A stretch of 64,000 bases of DNA from Eledone cirrhosa (taxonomy: Eukaryota). The notes beneath the pieces are model-generated. The model saw nothing but the letters and a program-made list of their open reading frames with translations. It was not told where the DNA came from and did no database searches. Shown here piece by piece: positions 14,427 through 29,000 of this stretch. The stretch covers positions 374,108,001-374,172,000 of the forward strand of contig OZ024743.1 of assembly GCA_964016885.1 (NCBI GenBank), in the 5' to 3' direction. The translations under genes and the position numbers were made by a program. How positions within the stretch are numbered: position 1 is the stretch's first letter; every line of letters begins with the position of its first letter.

Positions 14427-17400
14427 TTTATGGTGCAGAGAACAAAGTACTACTGACTTACTCTACATGTTTATAGCCAACACTTGTTGCACCTATGTTG
14501 CACATAACACAGTACTACTGACTTACACTACATGTTTATAGCCAACACTTGTTGCACTTTATGGTGCAGAGAACACGGGACTACTGACTTACTCTAAATG
14601 TTTATAGCCAACACTTGTTGCACATATGTTGCACATAACACAGTACTAATGAGTTACACTACATGTTTATAGCCAACACGTGTTGCACTTTATGGTGCAG
14701 AGAACAAAGTACTAGTGGCTTACTCTACATGTTTATAGCCAACACTTGTTGCACTTTATGGTGCAGAGAACAAAGTACTACTGACTTACTCTACATGTTT
14801 ATAGCCAACACTTGTTGCGGTTTATGGTGCAGGCAGAGAACAAAGTACTACTGACTTACTCTACATGTTTATAGCCAACACTTGTTCCACCTATGTTGCA
14901 CATAACACAGTACTAATGACTTACACTACATGTTTATAGCCAACACATGTTGCACTTTATGGTGCAGAGAACAAAGTACTAGTGGCTTACTCTACATGTT
15001 TATAGCCAACACATGTTGCACTTTATGGTGCAGAGAACTCGGTACTACTGACTTACTCTACATGTTTATAGCCAACATTTATTGAACTTTATGGTGCAGA
15101 GAACAAAGTACTACTGACTTACTCTACATGTTTATAGCCAACACTTGTTGCACCTATGTTGCACATAACACAGTACTACTGACTTACACTACATGTTTAT
15201 AGCCAACACTTGTTGCACTTTATGGTGCAGAGTACACGGTACTACTGACTTACTCTACATGTTTATAGCCAACACTTGTTGCACCTATGTTGCACATAAC
15301 ACAGTACTAATGACTTACACTACATGTTTATAGCCAACACGTGTTGCACTTTATGGTGCAGAGAACAAAGTACTAGTGGCTTACTCTACATGTTTATAGC
15401 CAACACTTGTTGCACTTTATGGTGCAGAGAACAAAGTACTACTGACTTACTCTACATGTTTATAGCCAACACTTGTTGCGGTTTATGGTGCACATAACAC
15501 AGTACTACTGACTTACTCTACATGTTTATAACGAACACTTGTTGCACCTATGTTACACATAACACAGTACTAATAACTTACACTACATGTTTATAGCCAA
15601 CACGTGTTGCACTTTATGGTGCAGAGAACAAAATACTGGTGGCTTACTCTACATGTTTATAGCCAACACTTGTTGCACTTTATGGTGCAGAGAACACGGT
15701 ACTACTGACTTACTCTACGTGTTTATAGCCAACACTTGTTGCACTTTATGGTGCAGAGAACAGGGTACGACTGACTTACTCTACATGTTTAAAGCCAACA
15801 CTTGTTACACTTTAGGATGCAGAGAACACGGTACTACTGACTTACACTATATGTTTATAGCCAACACTTGTTGCACCTATGTTGCACATAACACAGTACT
15901 ACTGACTTACACTACATGTTTATAGCCAACACTTGTTGCACTTTATGGTGGAGAGAACAAAGTACTACTGGCTTACTCTACATGTTTATAGCCAACACTT
16001 GTTGCACTTTATGGTGCAGAGAACAAAGTACTACTGACTTACTCTACATGTTTATAGCCAACACTTGTTGCACCTATGTTGCACATAACACAGTACTACT
16101 GACTTACACTACATTTTTATAGCCAACACTTGTTGCACTTTATGGTGCAGAGAACAAAGTACTACTGGCTAACTCTACATGTTTATAGCCAACACTTGTT
16201 GCACTTTATGGTGCAGAGAACACAGTACTACTGACTTACTCTACATGTTTATAGCCAACACTTTTTGCACTTTATGGTGCAGAGAATACAGTACTACTGA
16301 CTTACTCTACATGTTTATAGCCAACACTTGTTGCACTTTATGGTGCAGAGAACAAAGTGTTACTGACTTACACTACATGTTTATAGCCAACACATGTTGC
16401 ACTTTATGGTGCAGAGAACACAGTACTACTGACTTACTCTACATGTTTATAGCCAACACTTGTTGCACCTATGTTGCACATAACACAGTACTACTGACTT
16501 ACACTATATGTTTATAGACAACACTTGTTGCACTTTATAGTGCAGAGCACACGGTACTACTGACTTACTCTACATGTTTATAGCCAACCCTTTTTGCACT
16601 TTATGGTGCAGAGAACAAAGTACTACTGACTTACTCTACATGTTTATAGCCAACACTTGTTGCACTTTATGGTGCAGAGAATACAGTACTACTGACTTAA
16701 TCTACGTGTTTATAGCCAACACTTGTTGCACTTTATGGTGCAGAGAACAGGGTACTACTGACTTACTCTACATGTTTAAAGCCAACACTTGTTGCACTTT
16801 AGGATGCAGAGAACACGGTACTACTGACTTACATTACATGTTTATAGCCAACACTTGTTGAACTTTATGGTGCAGAGAACAAAGTACTACTGACTTACTC
16901 TACATGTATATAGCCAACACGTGTTGCACTTTATGGTGCAGAGAACAAAGTACTAGTGGCTTACTCTACATGTTTATAGCCAACACTTGTTGCACTTTAT
17001 GTTGCAGAGAACAAAGTACTACTGACTTACTCTACATGTTTATAGCCAACACTTGTTGCACCTATGTTGCACATAACACAGTACTAATGAGTTACACTAC
17101 ATGTTTATAGCCAACACGTGTTGCACTTTATGGTGCAGAGAACAAAGTACTAGTGGCTTACTCTACATGTTTATAGCCAACACTTGTTGCACTTTATGGT
17201 GCAGAGAACAAAGTACTACTGACTTACTCTACATGTTTATAGCCAACACTTGTTGCGGTTTATGGTGCAGGCAGAGAACAAAGTACTACTGACTTACTCT
17301 ACATGTTTATAGCCAACACTTGTTCCACCTATGTTGCACATAACACAGTACTAATGACTTACACTACATGTTTATAGCCAACACATGTTGCACTTTATGG

Positions 17401-20400
17401 TGCAGAGAACAAAGTACTAGTGGCTTACTCTACATGTTTATAGCCAACACATGTTGCACTTTATGGTGCAGAGAACTCGGTACTACTGACTTACTCTACA
17501 TGTTTATAGCCAACACTTGTTGAACTTTATGGTGCAGAGAACAAAGTACTACTGACTTACTCTACATGTTTATAGCCAACACTTGTTGCATCTATGTTGC
17601 ACATAACACAGTACTACTGACTTACACTACATGTTTATAGCCAACACTTGTTGCACTTTATGGTGCAGAGAACAAAGTACTACTGGCTTACTCTACATGT
17701 TTATAGCCAACACTTGTTGCACTTCATGGTGCAGAGAAGAAAGTACTACTGACTTACTCTACATGTTTATAGCCAACACTTGTTGCACCTATGTTGCACA
17801 TAAAACAGTACTACTGACTTACACTACATGTTTATAGCCAACACTTGTTGCACTTTATAGTGCAGAGTACACGGTACTACTGACATACTCTACATGTTTA
17901 TAGCCAACACTTGTTGAACTTTATGGTGCAGAGAACACAGTACTACTGACTTACTCTAAATGTTTATAGCCAACACTTGTTGCACCTATGTTGCACATAA
18001 CACAGTACTAATGACTTACACTACATGTTTATAGCCGACACTTGTTGCACTTTATGGTGCAGAGAACAAAGCACTACTGACTTACTCTACATGTTTATAG
18101 CCAACACTTATTGCACTTTATGGTGCAGAGAATACAGTACTACTGACTTACTCTACATCTTTATAGCCAACACTTGTTGCACTTTATGGTGCAGAGAACG
18201 AAGTTCTACTGACTTACACTATATGTTTATAGCCAACACATGTTGCACTTTATGGTGCAGAGAACACAGTACTACTGACTTACTCTACATCTTTATAGCC
18301 AACACATGTTGCACTTTATGGTGCAGAGAACACAGTACTACTGAGTTACTATACATGTTTATAGCCAACACTTGTTGCACTTCATGGTGCAGAGAACGAA
18401 GTACTACTGACTTACACTACATGTTTATAGCCAACACATGTTGCACTTTATGGTGCAGAGAACACAGTACTACTGACTTACTCTACATGTTTATAGCCAA
18501 CACTTGTTGCACTTTATGTTGCACATAACACAGTACTACTGACTTTCACTACATATTTATAGCCAACACTTGTTGCACTTTAGGATGCAGAGAACACGGT
18601 ACTACTGACTTACTCTAAATGTTTATAGCCAACACTTGTTGCACTTTAGGATGCAGAGAACACGGTACTACTGACTTACTCTACTTGTTTATAGCCAACA
18701 CTTGTTGCACTTTATGGTGCAAAGAACACGGTACTACTGACTTACCCTACATGTTTATAGCCAACACTTGTTGCACTTTATGGTGCAGAGAACACTGGAC
18801 TACAGACTTACTCTACATGTTTATAGCCAACACTTTTTGCACTTTATGGTGCAGAGAATACAGTACTACTGACTTACTCTACATCTTCATAGCCAACACT
18901 TGTTGCACTTTATGGTGCAGAGAACAAAGTACTACTGACTTACCCTATATGTTTATAGCCAACACTTGTTGCAATTTATGGTGCAGAGAACACAGTACTA
19001 CTGACTTATACTACATGTTTATAGCCAACACATGTTGCACTTTATGGTGCAGAGAACACAGTACTACTGACTTACTCTACATGTTTATAGCCAACACATG
19101 TTGCACTTTATGGTGCAGAGAACACAGTACTACTGACTTACTCTACATGTTTATAGCCAACACTTGTTGCACTTTATGGTGAAGAGAACGAAGCACTACT
19201 GATTTACACTACATGTTTATAGCCAATACTTGTTGTACCTATGTTGCACATAACACAGTACTACTGACTTACACTACATGTTTATAGCCAACACATGTTG
19301 CACTTTATGGTGCAGAGAACAGAGTATTACTGACTTACTCTACATGTTTATAGCCAACACTTGTTGCACTTTATAGTGCAGAGAACGAAGTACTACTGAC
19401 TTACACTACATGTTTATAGCCAACACATGTTGCACTTTATGGTGCAGAGAACACAGTACTACTGACTTGCTCTACATGTTTATAGCCAACACTTGTTGCA
19501 CTTTATGGTGCAGAGAACGAAGTACTACTGATTTAAATTACATGTTTATAGACAATACTTGTTGCACCTATGTTGCACATAACACAGTACTACTGACTTA
19601 CACTACATGTTTATAGCCAACACATGTTGCACTTTATGGTGCAGAGAACACAGTACTACTGACTTACTCTACATGTTTATAGCCAACACTTGTTGAACTT
19701 TATGGTGCAGAGAACAAAGTACTACTGACTTACTCTACATGTTTATAGCCAACACTTGTTGCACCTATGTTGCACATAACACAGTACTACTGACATACAC
19801 TACATTTTTATAGCCAACACATGTTGCACTTTATGGTGCAGAGAACAAAGTACTACTGGCTTACTCTACATGTTTATAGCCAACACTTGTTGCACTTTAT
19901 GGTGCAGAGAACAAAGTACTACTGACTTACTCTACATGTTTATAGCCAACACTTGTTGCACTTTATGGGCAGAGAACAAAGTACTACTGACTTACACTAC
20001 ATGTTTATAGCCAACACATGTTGCACTTTATGGTGCAGAGAACACAGTACTACTGACTTACTCTACATGTTTATAGCCAACACATGTTGCACTTTATGGT
20101 GCAGAGAACACTGGACTACTGGCTTACTCTACATGTTTATAGCCAACACTTGTTGCACTATATGGTGCAGAGAACACAGTACTACTGGCTTACTCTACAT
20201 GTTTATAGCCAACACTTGTTGCACTTTATGGTGCAGAGAACAAAGTACTACTGACTTACTCTACATGTTTATAGCCAACACATGTTGCACTTTATGGTGC
20301 AGAGAACACTGGACTACTGGCTTACTATACATGTTTATAGCCAACACTTGTTGCACTATATGGTGCAGAGAACACAGTACTACTGACTTACTCTACATGT

Positions 20401-22805
20401 TTATAGCCAACACTTGTTGCACTTTATGGTGCAGAGAACACTGGACTACTGGCTTACTCTACATGTTTATAGCCAACACTTGTTGCACTATATGGTGCAG
20501 AGAATACAGTACTACTGCCTTACTCTACATGTTTATAGCCAACACATGTTGCACTTTATGGTGCAGAGAACGAAGTACTACTGACTTACACTACATGTTT
20601 ATAGCCAACACATGTTGCACTTTATGGTGCAGAGAACACAGTACTACTGACTTACTCTACATGTTTATAGCCAACACATGTTGCACTTTATGGTGCAGAG
20701 AACACAGTACTACTGACATACTCTACATGTTTATAGCCAACACTTGTTGCACTTTATGGTGCAGAGAACGAAGTACTACTGACTTACACTACATGTTTAT
20801 AACCAACACATGTTGCACTTTATGGTGCAGAGAACACAGTACTACTGACTTACTCTACATGTTTATAGCCAACACTTGTTGCACTTTATGGTGAAGAGAA
20901 CGAAGCACTACTGATTTACACTACATGTTTATAGCCAATACTTGTTGTACCTATGTTGCATATAACACAGTATTACTGACTTACACTACATGTTTATAGC
21001 CAACACATGTTGAACTTTATGGTGCAGAGAACAGAGTACTACTGACTTACTCTACATGTTTATAGCCAACACTTGTTGCAATTTATGGTGCAGAGAACGA
21101 AGTACTACTGACTTACACTACATGTTTATAGCCAACACATGTTGCACTTTATGGTGCAGAGAACACAGTACTACTGACTTACTCTACATGTTTATAGCCA
21201 ACACTTGTTGCACTTTATGGTGCAGAGAACAAAGTACTACTGACTTACTCTACATGTTTATAGCCAACATTTGTTGCACCTATGTTGCACATAACACAGT
21301 ACTACTGAATTACACTACATGTTTATAGCCAACACTTGTTGCACTTTATGGTGCAGAGAATACAGTACTACTGACTTACTCTACATGTTTATAGCCAACA
21401 CTTGTTGCACTTTATGGTGCAGAGAACAAAGTACTACTGACTGACTCTACATGTTTATAGCCAACATTTGTTGCACCTATGTTGCACATAACACGGTACT
21501 ACTGACTTACTCTACATGTTTATAGCCAACACATTTTGCACTTTATGGTGCAGAGAATACAGTACTACTGACTTACACTACATCTTTATAGCCAACACTT
21601 GTTGCACTTTATGGTGCAGAGAACGAAGTACTACTGACTTACACTACATGTTTATAGCCAACACTTGTTGCACTTTATGGTGCAGAGTACACGGTACTAC
21701 TGACTTACTCTAAATGTTTATAGCCAACACTTGTTGCACTTTATGGTGCAGAGAACACGGTACTACTGACATACTCTACATGTTTATAGCCAACACTTGT
21801 TGCACTTTATGGTGCAGAGAACACAGTACTACTGACTTACTCTACATGTTTATAGCCAACACTTGTTGCACTTCAGGATGCAGAAAACACGGTACTACTG
21901 ACTTACTCTACATGTTTATAGCCAACACTTGTTGCACTTTATGGTGCAGAGAAGAAAGTACTACTAACTTACTCAAAATGTTTATAGCCAACATTTGTTG
22001 CACTTTATGGTGCAGAGAACAAAGTACTGACTTACTCTACATGTTTATAGACAACACTTGTTGCACTTTATGGTGCAGCGAATACAGTACTACTGACTTA
22101 ATCTACATGTTTATAGCCAACACTTGTTGCACTTTATGGTGCAGAGAACACAGTACTACTGACTTAGTCTCCATGTTTATAGCCAACACTTGTTGCACTT
22201 TATGGTGCACAGAACAAAGTACTACTGACTTACTCTACATGTTTATAGACAACACTTGTTGCACTTTAGGATGCAGAGAACACGGTACTACTGACTTACC
22301 CTACATGTTTATAGCCAACACTTGTTGCACTTTATGGTGCAGAGAACACAGTACTACTGACTTACTCGATATGTTTATAGCCAACACTTGTTGCACTTTA
22401 TGGTGCAGAGAACAAAGTACTACTGACTTACACTAAATGTTTATAGCCAACACTTGTTGCACTTTATGGTGCAGAGAACAAAGTACTACTGACTTACTCT
22501 ACATGTTTATAGCCAACACTTGTTGCACTTTATGGTGCAGAGAATACAGTACTACTGACTTACTCTACATGTTTATAGCCAACACTTGTTGCTCTTTATG
22601 GTGCAGAGAACACGGTACTACTGATTTACTCTACATGTTTATAGCCAACACTTGTTGCTCTTTATGGTGCAGAGAACAAAGTACTACTGACTTACTCTAC
22701 ATGTTTATAGGCAACATTTGTTGCACCTATGTTGCACATAACACAGTACTACTGACTTACACTACATGTTTATAGCCAACACTTGTTGCACTTTATGGTG
22801 CAGAG
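10750..22805. repeat. ~12-kb block, copy A of a long-range intra-array duplication (copy B ~28070-40251)
   Basis: Matching ORFs at offsets 17315 (11375/28690, 14269/31584), 17512 (15587/33099, 19953/37465, 21714/39226) and 17446 (22437/39883). Offsets differ by whole monomers (197 = 3 monomers, 66 = 1). Confidence 0.88.
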
Positions 22806-23094
22806 AACAAAGTACTACTGGCTTACTCTACATGTTTATAGCCAACACTTGTTGCACTTCATGGTGCAGAGAAGAAAGTACTACTGACTTACTCTACATG
22901 TTTATAGCCAACACTTGTTGCACCTATGTTGCACATAAAACAGTACTACTGACTTACACTACATGTTTATAGCCAACACTTGTTGCACTTTATAGTGCAG
23001 AGTACACGGTACTACTGACATACTCTACATGTTTATAGCCAACACTTGTTGAACTTTATGGTGCAGAGAACACAGTACTACTGACTTACTCTAA

Positions 23095-26000
23095 ATGTTT
23101 ATAGCCAACACTTGTTGCACCTATGTTGCACATAACACAGTACTAATGACTTACACTACATGTTTATAGCCGACATTTGTTGCACTTTATGGTGCAGAGA
23201 ACAAAGCACTACTGACTTACTCTACATGTTTATAGCCAACACTTATTGCACTTTATGGTGCAGAGAATACAGTACTACTGACTTACTCTACATCTTTATA
23301 GCCAACACTTATTGCACTTTATGGTGCAGAGAACGAAGTTCTACTGACTTACACTACATGTTTATAGCCAACACATGTTGCACTTTATGGTGCAGAGAAC
23401 ACAGTACTACTGACTTACTCTACATGTTTATAGCCAACACATGTTGCACTTTATGGTGCAGAGAACACAGTACTACTGACTTACTCTACATGTTTATAGC
23501 CAACACTTGTTGCACTTTATGGTGCAGAGAACGAAGTACTACTGACTTACACTACATGTTTATAGCCAACACATGTTGCACTTTATGGTGCAGAGAACAC
23601 AGTACTACTGACTTACTCTACATGTTTATAGCCAACACTTGTTGCACCTACGTTGCACATAACACAGTACTACTGACTTTCACTACATATTTATAGCCAA
23701 CACTTGTTGAACTTTATGGTGCAGAGAATACAGTACTACTGACTTACTATACATGTTTATAGCCAACACTTGTTGCACTTTATGTTGCACATAACACAGT
23801 ACTACTGACTTTCACTACATATTTATAGCCAACACTTGTTGCACTTTAGGATGCAGAGAACACGGTACTACTGACTTACTCTAAATGTTTATAGCCAACA
23901 CTTGTTGCACTTTAGGATGCAGAGAACATGGTACTACTGACTTACTCTACATGTTTATAGCCAACACTTGTTGCACTTTATGGTGCAAAGAACACGGTAC
24001 TACTGACTTACCCTACATGTTTATAGCCAACACTTGTTGCACTTTATGGTGCAGAGAACATTGGACTACAGACTTACTCTACATGTTTATAGCCAACACT
24101 TTTTGCACTTTATGGTGCAGAGAATACAGTACTACTGACTTACTCTACATCTTTATAGCCAACACTTGTTGCACTTTATGGTGCAGAGAACAAAGTACTA
24201 CTGACTTACCCTATATGTTTATAGCCAACACTTGTTGCAATTTATGGTGCAGAGAACACAGTACTACTGACTTATACTACATGTTTATAGCCAACACATG
24301 TTGCACTTTATGGTGCAGAGAACACAGTACTACTGACTTACTCTACATGTTTATAGCCAACACATGTTGCACTTTATGGTGCAGAGAACACAGTACTACT
24401 GACTTACTCTACATGTTTATAACCAACACTTGTTGCACTTTATGGTGAAGAGAACGAAGCACTACTGATTTACACTACATGTTTATAGCCAATACTTGTT
24501 GTACCTATGTTGCACATAACACAGTACTACTGACTTACACTACATGTTTATAGCCAACACATGTTGCACTTTATGGTGCAGAGAACAGAGTACTACTGAC
24601 TTACTCTACATGTTTATAGCCAACACTTGTTGCACTTTATGGTGCAGAGAACGAAGAACTACTGACTTACACTACATGTTTATAGCCAACACATGTTGCA
24701 CTTTATGGTGCAGAGAACACAGTACTACTGACTTGCTCTACATGTTTATAGCCAACACTTGTTGCACTTTATGGTGCAGAGAACGAAGTACTACTGATTT
24801 AAATTACATGTTTATAGCCAATACTTGTTGCACCTATGTTGCACATAACACAGTACTACTGACTTACACTACATGTTTATAGCCAACACTTGTTGCACTT
24901 TATGGTGCAGAGTACACGGTACTACTGACTTACTCTACATGTTTATAGCCAACACTTGTTGCACCTATGTTGCACATAACACAGTACTAATGACTTACAC
25001 TACATGTTTATAGCCAACACGTGTTGCACTTTATGGTGCAGAGAACAAAGTACTAGTGGCTTACTCTACATGTTTATAGCCAACACTTGTTGCACTTTAT
25101 GGTGCAGAGAACAAAGTACTACTGACTTACTCTACATGTTTATAGCCAACACTTGTTGCGGTTTATGGTGCACATAACACAGTACTACTGACTTACTCTA
25201 CATGTTTATAGCGAACACTTGTTGCACCTATGTTACACATAACACAGTACTAATAACTTACACTACATGTTTATAGCCAACACGTGTTGCACTTTATGGT
25301 GCAGAGAACAAAATACTAGTGGCTTACTCTACATGTTTATAGCCAACACTTGTTGCACTTTATGGTGCAGAGAACACGGTACTACTGACTTACTCTACGT
25401 GTTTATAGCCAACACTTTTGGACTTTATGGTGCAGAGAACAGGGTACGACTGACTTACTCTACATGTTTAAAGCCAACACTTGTTGCACTTTAGGATGCA
25501 GAGAACACGGTACTACTGACTTACACTATATGTTTATAGCCAACACTTGTTGCACCTATGTTGCACATAACACAGTACTACTGACTTACACTACATGTTT
25601 ATAGCCAACACTTGTTGCACTTTATGGTGGAGAGAACAAAGTACTACTGGCTTACTCTACATGTTTATAGCCAACACTTGTTGCACTTTATGGTGCAGAG
25701 AACAAAGTACTACTGACTTACTCTACATGTTTATAGCCAACACTTGTTGCACCTATGTTGCACATAACACAGTACTACTGACTTACACTACATGTTTATA
25801 GCCAACACTTGTTGCACTTTATGGTGCAGAGTACACGGTACTACTGACTTACTCTACATGTTTATAGCCAAAACTTGTTGCACCTATGTTGCACATAACA
25901 CAGTACTACTGACTTACTCTACATTTTTATAGCCAACACTTGTTGCACTTTATGGTGCAGAGAACACAGTACTACTGACTTACTCTACATGTTTATAGGC

Positions 26001-29000
26001 AACACTTTTTGCACTTTATGGTGCAGAGAATACAGTACTACTGACTTACTCTACATGTTTATAGCCAACACTTGTTGCACTTTATGGTGCAGAGAACAAA
26101 GTACTACTGACTTACACTACATGTTTATAGCCAACACATGTTGCACTTTATGGTGCAGAGAACACAGTACTACTGACTTACTCTACATGTTTATAGCCAA
26201 CACTTGTTGCACCTATGTTGCACATAACACAGTACTACTGACTTACACTATATGTTTATAGACAACACTTGTTGCACTTTATAGTGCAGAGTACACGGTA
26301 CTACTGACTTACTCTACATGTTTATAGCCAACACTTTTTGCACTTTATGGTGCAGAGAACAAAGTACTACTGACTTACTCTACATGTTTATAGCCAACAC
26401 TTGTTGCACCTATGTTGCACATAACACAGTACTACTGACTTACACTACATGTTTATAGCCAACACTTGTTGCACTTTATGGTGCAGAGAATACAGTACTA
26501 CTGACTTAATCTACGTGTTTATAGCCAACACTTGTTGCACTTTATGGTGCAGAGAACAGGGTACTACTGACTTACTCTACATGTTTAAAGCCAACACTTG
26601 TTGCACTTTAGGATACAGAGAACACGGTACTACTGACTTACATTACATGTTTATAGCCAACACTTGTTGAACTTTATGGTGCAGAGAACAAAGTACTACT
26701 GACTTACTCTACATGTATATAGCCAACACGTGTTGCACTTTATGGTGCAGAGAACAAAGTACTAGTGGCTTACTCTACATGTTTATAGCCAACACTTGTT
26801 GCACTTTATGGTGCAGAGAACAAAGTACTACTGACTTACTCTACATGTTTATAGCCAACACTTGTTGCACTTTATGGTGCAGAGAACAAAGTACTACTGA
26901 CTTACTCTACATGTTTATAGACAACACTTGTTGCACCTATGTTGCACATAACACAGTACTACTGACTTACACTACATGTTTATAGCCAACACTTGTTGCA
27001 CTTTATGGTGCAGAGAACACGGGACTACTGACTTACTCTAAATGTTTATAGCCAACACTTGTTGCACCTATGTTGCACATAACACAGTACTAATGAGTTA
27101 CACTACATGTTTATAGCCAACACGTGTTGCACTTTATGGTGCAGAGAACAAAGTACTAGTGGCTTACTCTACATGTTTATAGCCAACACTTGTTGCACTC
27201 TATGGTGCAGAGAACAAAGTACTACTGACTTACTCTACATGTTTATAGCCAACACTTGTTGCGGTTTATGGTGCAGGCAGAGAACAAAGTACTACTGACT
27301 TACTCTACATGTTTATAGCCAACACTTGTTCCACCTATGTTGCACATAACACAGTACTAATGACTTACACTACATGTTTATAGCCAACACATGTTGCACT
27401 TTATGGTGCAGAGAACAAAGTACTAGTGGCTTACTCTACATGTTTATAGCCAACACATGTTGCACTTTATGGTGCAGAGAACTCGGTACTACTGACTTAC
27501 TCTACATGTTTATAGCCAACATTTATTGAACTTTATGGTGCAGAGAACAAAGTACTACTGACTTACTCTACATGTTTATAGCCAACACTTGTTGCACCTA
27601 TGTTGCACATAACACAGTACTACTGACTTACACTACATGTTTATAGCCAACACTTGTTGCACTTTATGGTGCAGAGAACAAAGTACTACTGGCTTACTCT
27701 ACATGTTTATAGCCAACACTTGTTGCACTTTATGGTGCAGAGAACAAAGTACTACTGACTTACTCTACATGTTTATAGCCAACACTTGTTGCACCTATGT
27801 TGCACATAACACAGTACTACTGACTTACACTACATGTTTATAGCCAACACTTGTTGCACTTTATGGTGCAGAGTACACCGTACTACTGACTTACTCTACA
27901 TGTTTATAGCCAACACTTGTTGCACCTATGTTGCACATAACACAGTACTAATGACTTACACTACATGTTTATAGCCGACATTTGTTGCACTTTATGGTGC
28001 AGAGAACAAAGCACTACTGACTTACTCTACATGTTTATAGCCAACACTTATTGCACTTTATGGTGCAGAGAATACAGTACTACTGACTTACTCTACATCT
28101 TTATAGCCAACACTTATTGCACTTTATGGTGCAGAGAACGAAGTTCTACTGACTTACACTACATGTTTATAGCCAACACATGTTGCACTTTATGGTGCAG
28201 AGAACACAGTACTACTGACTTACTCTACATGTTTATAGCCAACACATGTTGCACTTTATGGTGCAGAGAACACAGTACTACTGACTTACTCTACATGTTT
28301 ATAGCCAACACTTGTTGCACTTTATGGTGCAGAGAACGAAGTACTACTGACTTACACTACATGTTTATAGCCAACACATGTTGCACTTTATGGTGCAGAG
28401 AACACAGTACTACTGACTTACTCTACATGTTTATAGCCAACACTTGTTGCACCTACGTTGCACATAACACAGTACTACTGACTTTCACTACATATTTATA
28501 GCCAACACTTGTTGAACTTTATGGTGCAGAGAATACAGTACTACTGACTTACTATACATGTTTATAGCCAACACTTGTTGCACTTTATGTTGCACATAAC
28601 ACAGTACTACTGACTTTCACTACATATTTATAGCCAACACTTGTTGCACTTTAGGATGCAGAGAACACGGTACTACTGACTTACTCTAAATGTTTATAGC
28701 CAACACTTGTTGCACTTTAGGATGCAGAGAACACGGTACTACTGACTTACTCTACATGTTTATAGCCAACACTTGTTGCACTTTATGGTGCAAAGAACAC
28801 GGTACTACTGACTTACCCTACATGTTTATAGCCAACACTTGTTGCACTTTATGGTGCAGAGAACATTGGACTACAGACTTACTCTACATGTTTATAGCCA
28901 ACACTTTTTGCACTTTATGGTGCAGAGAATACAGTACTACTGACTTACTCTACATCTTTATAGCCAACACTTGTTGCACTTTATGGTGCAGAGAACAAAG

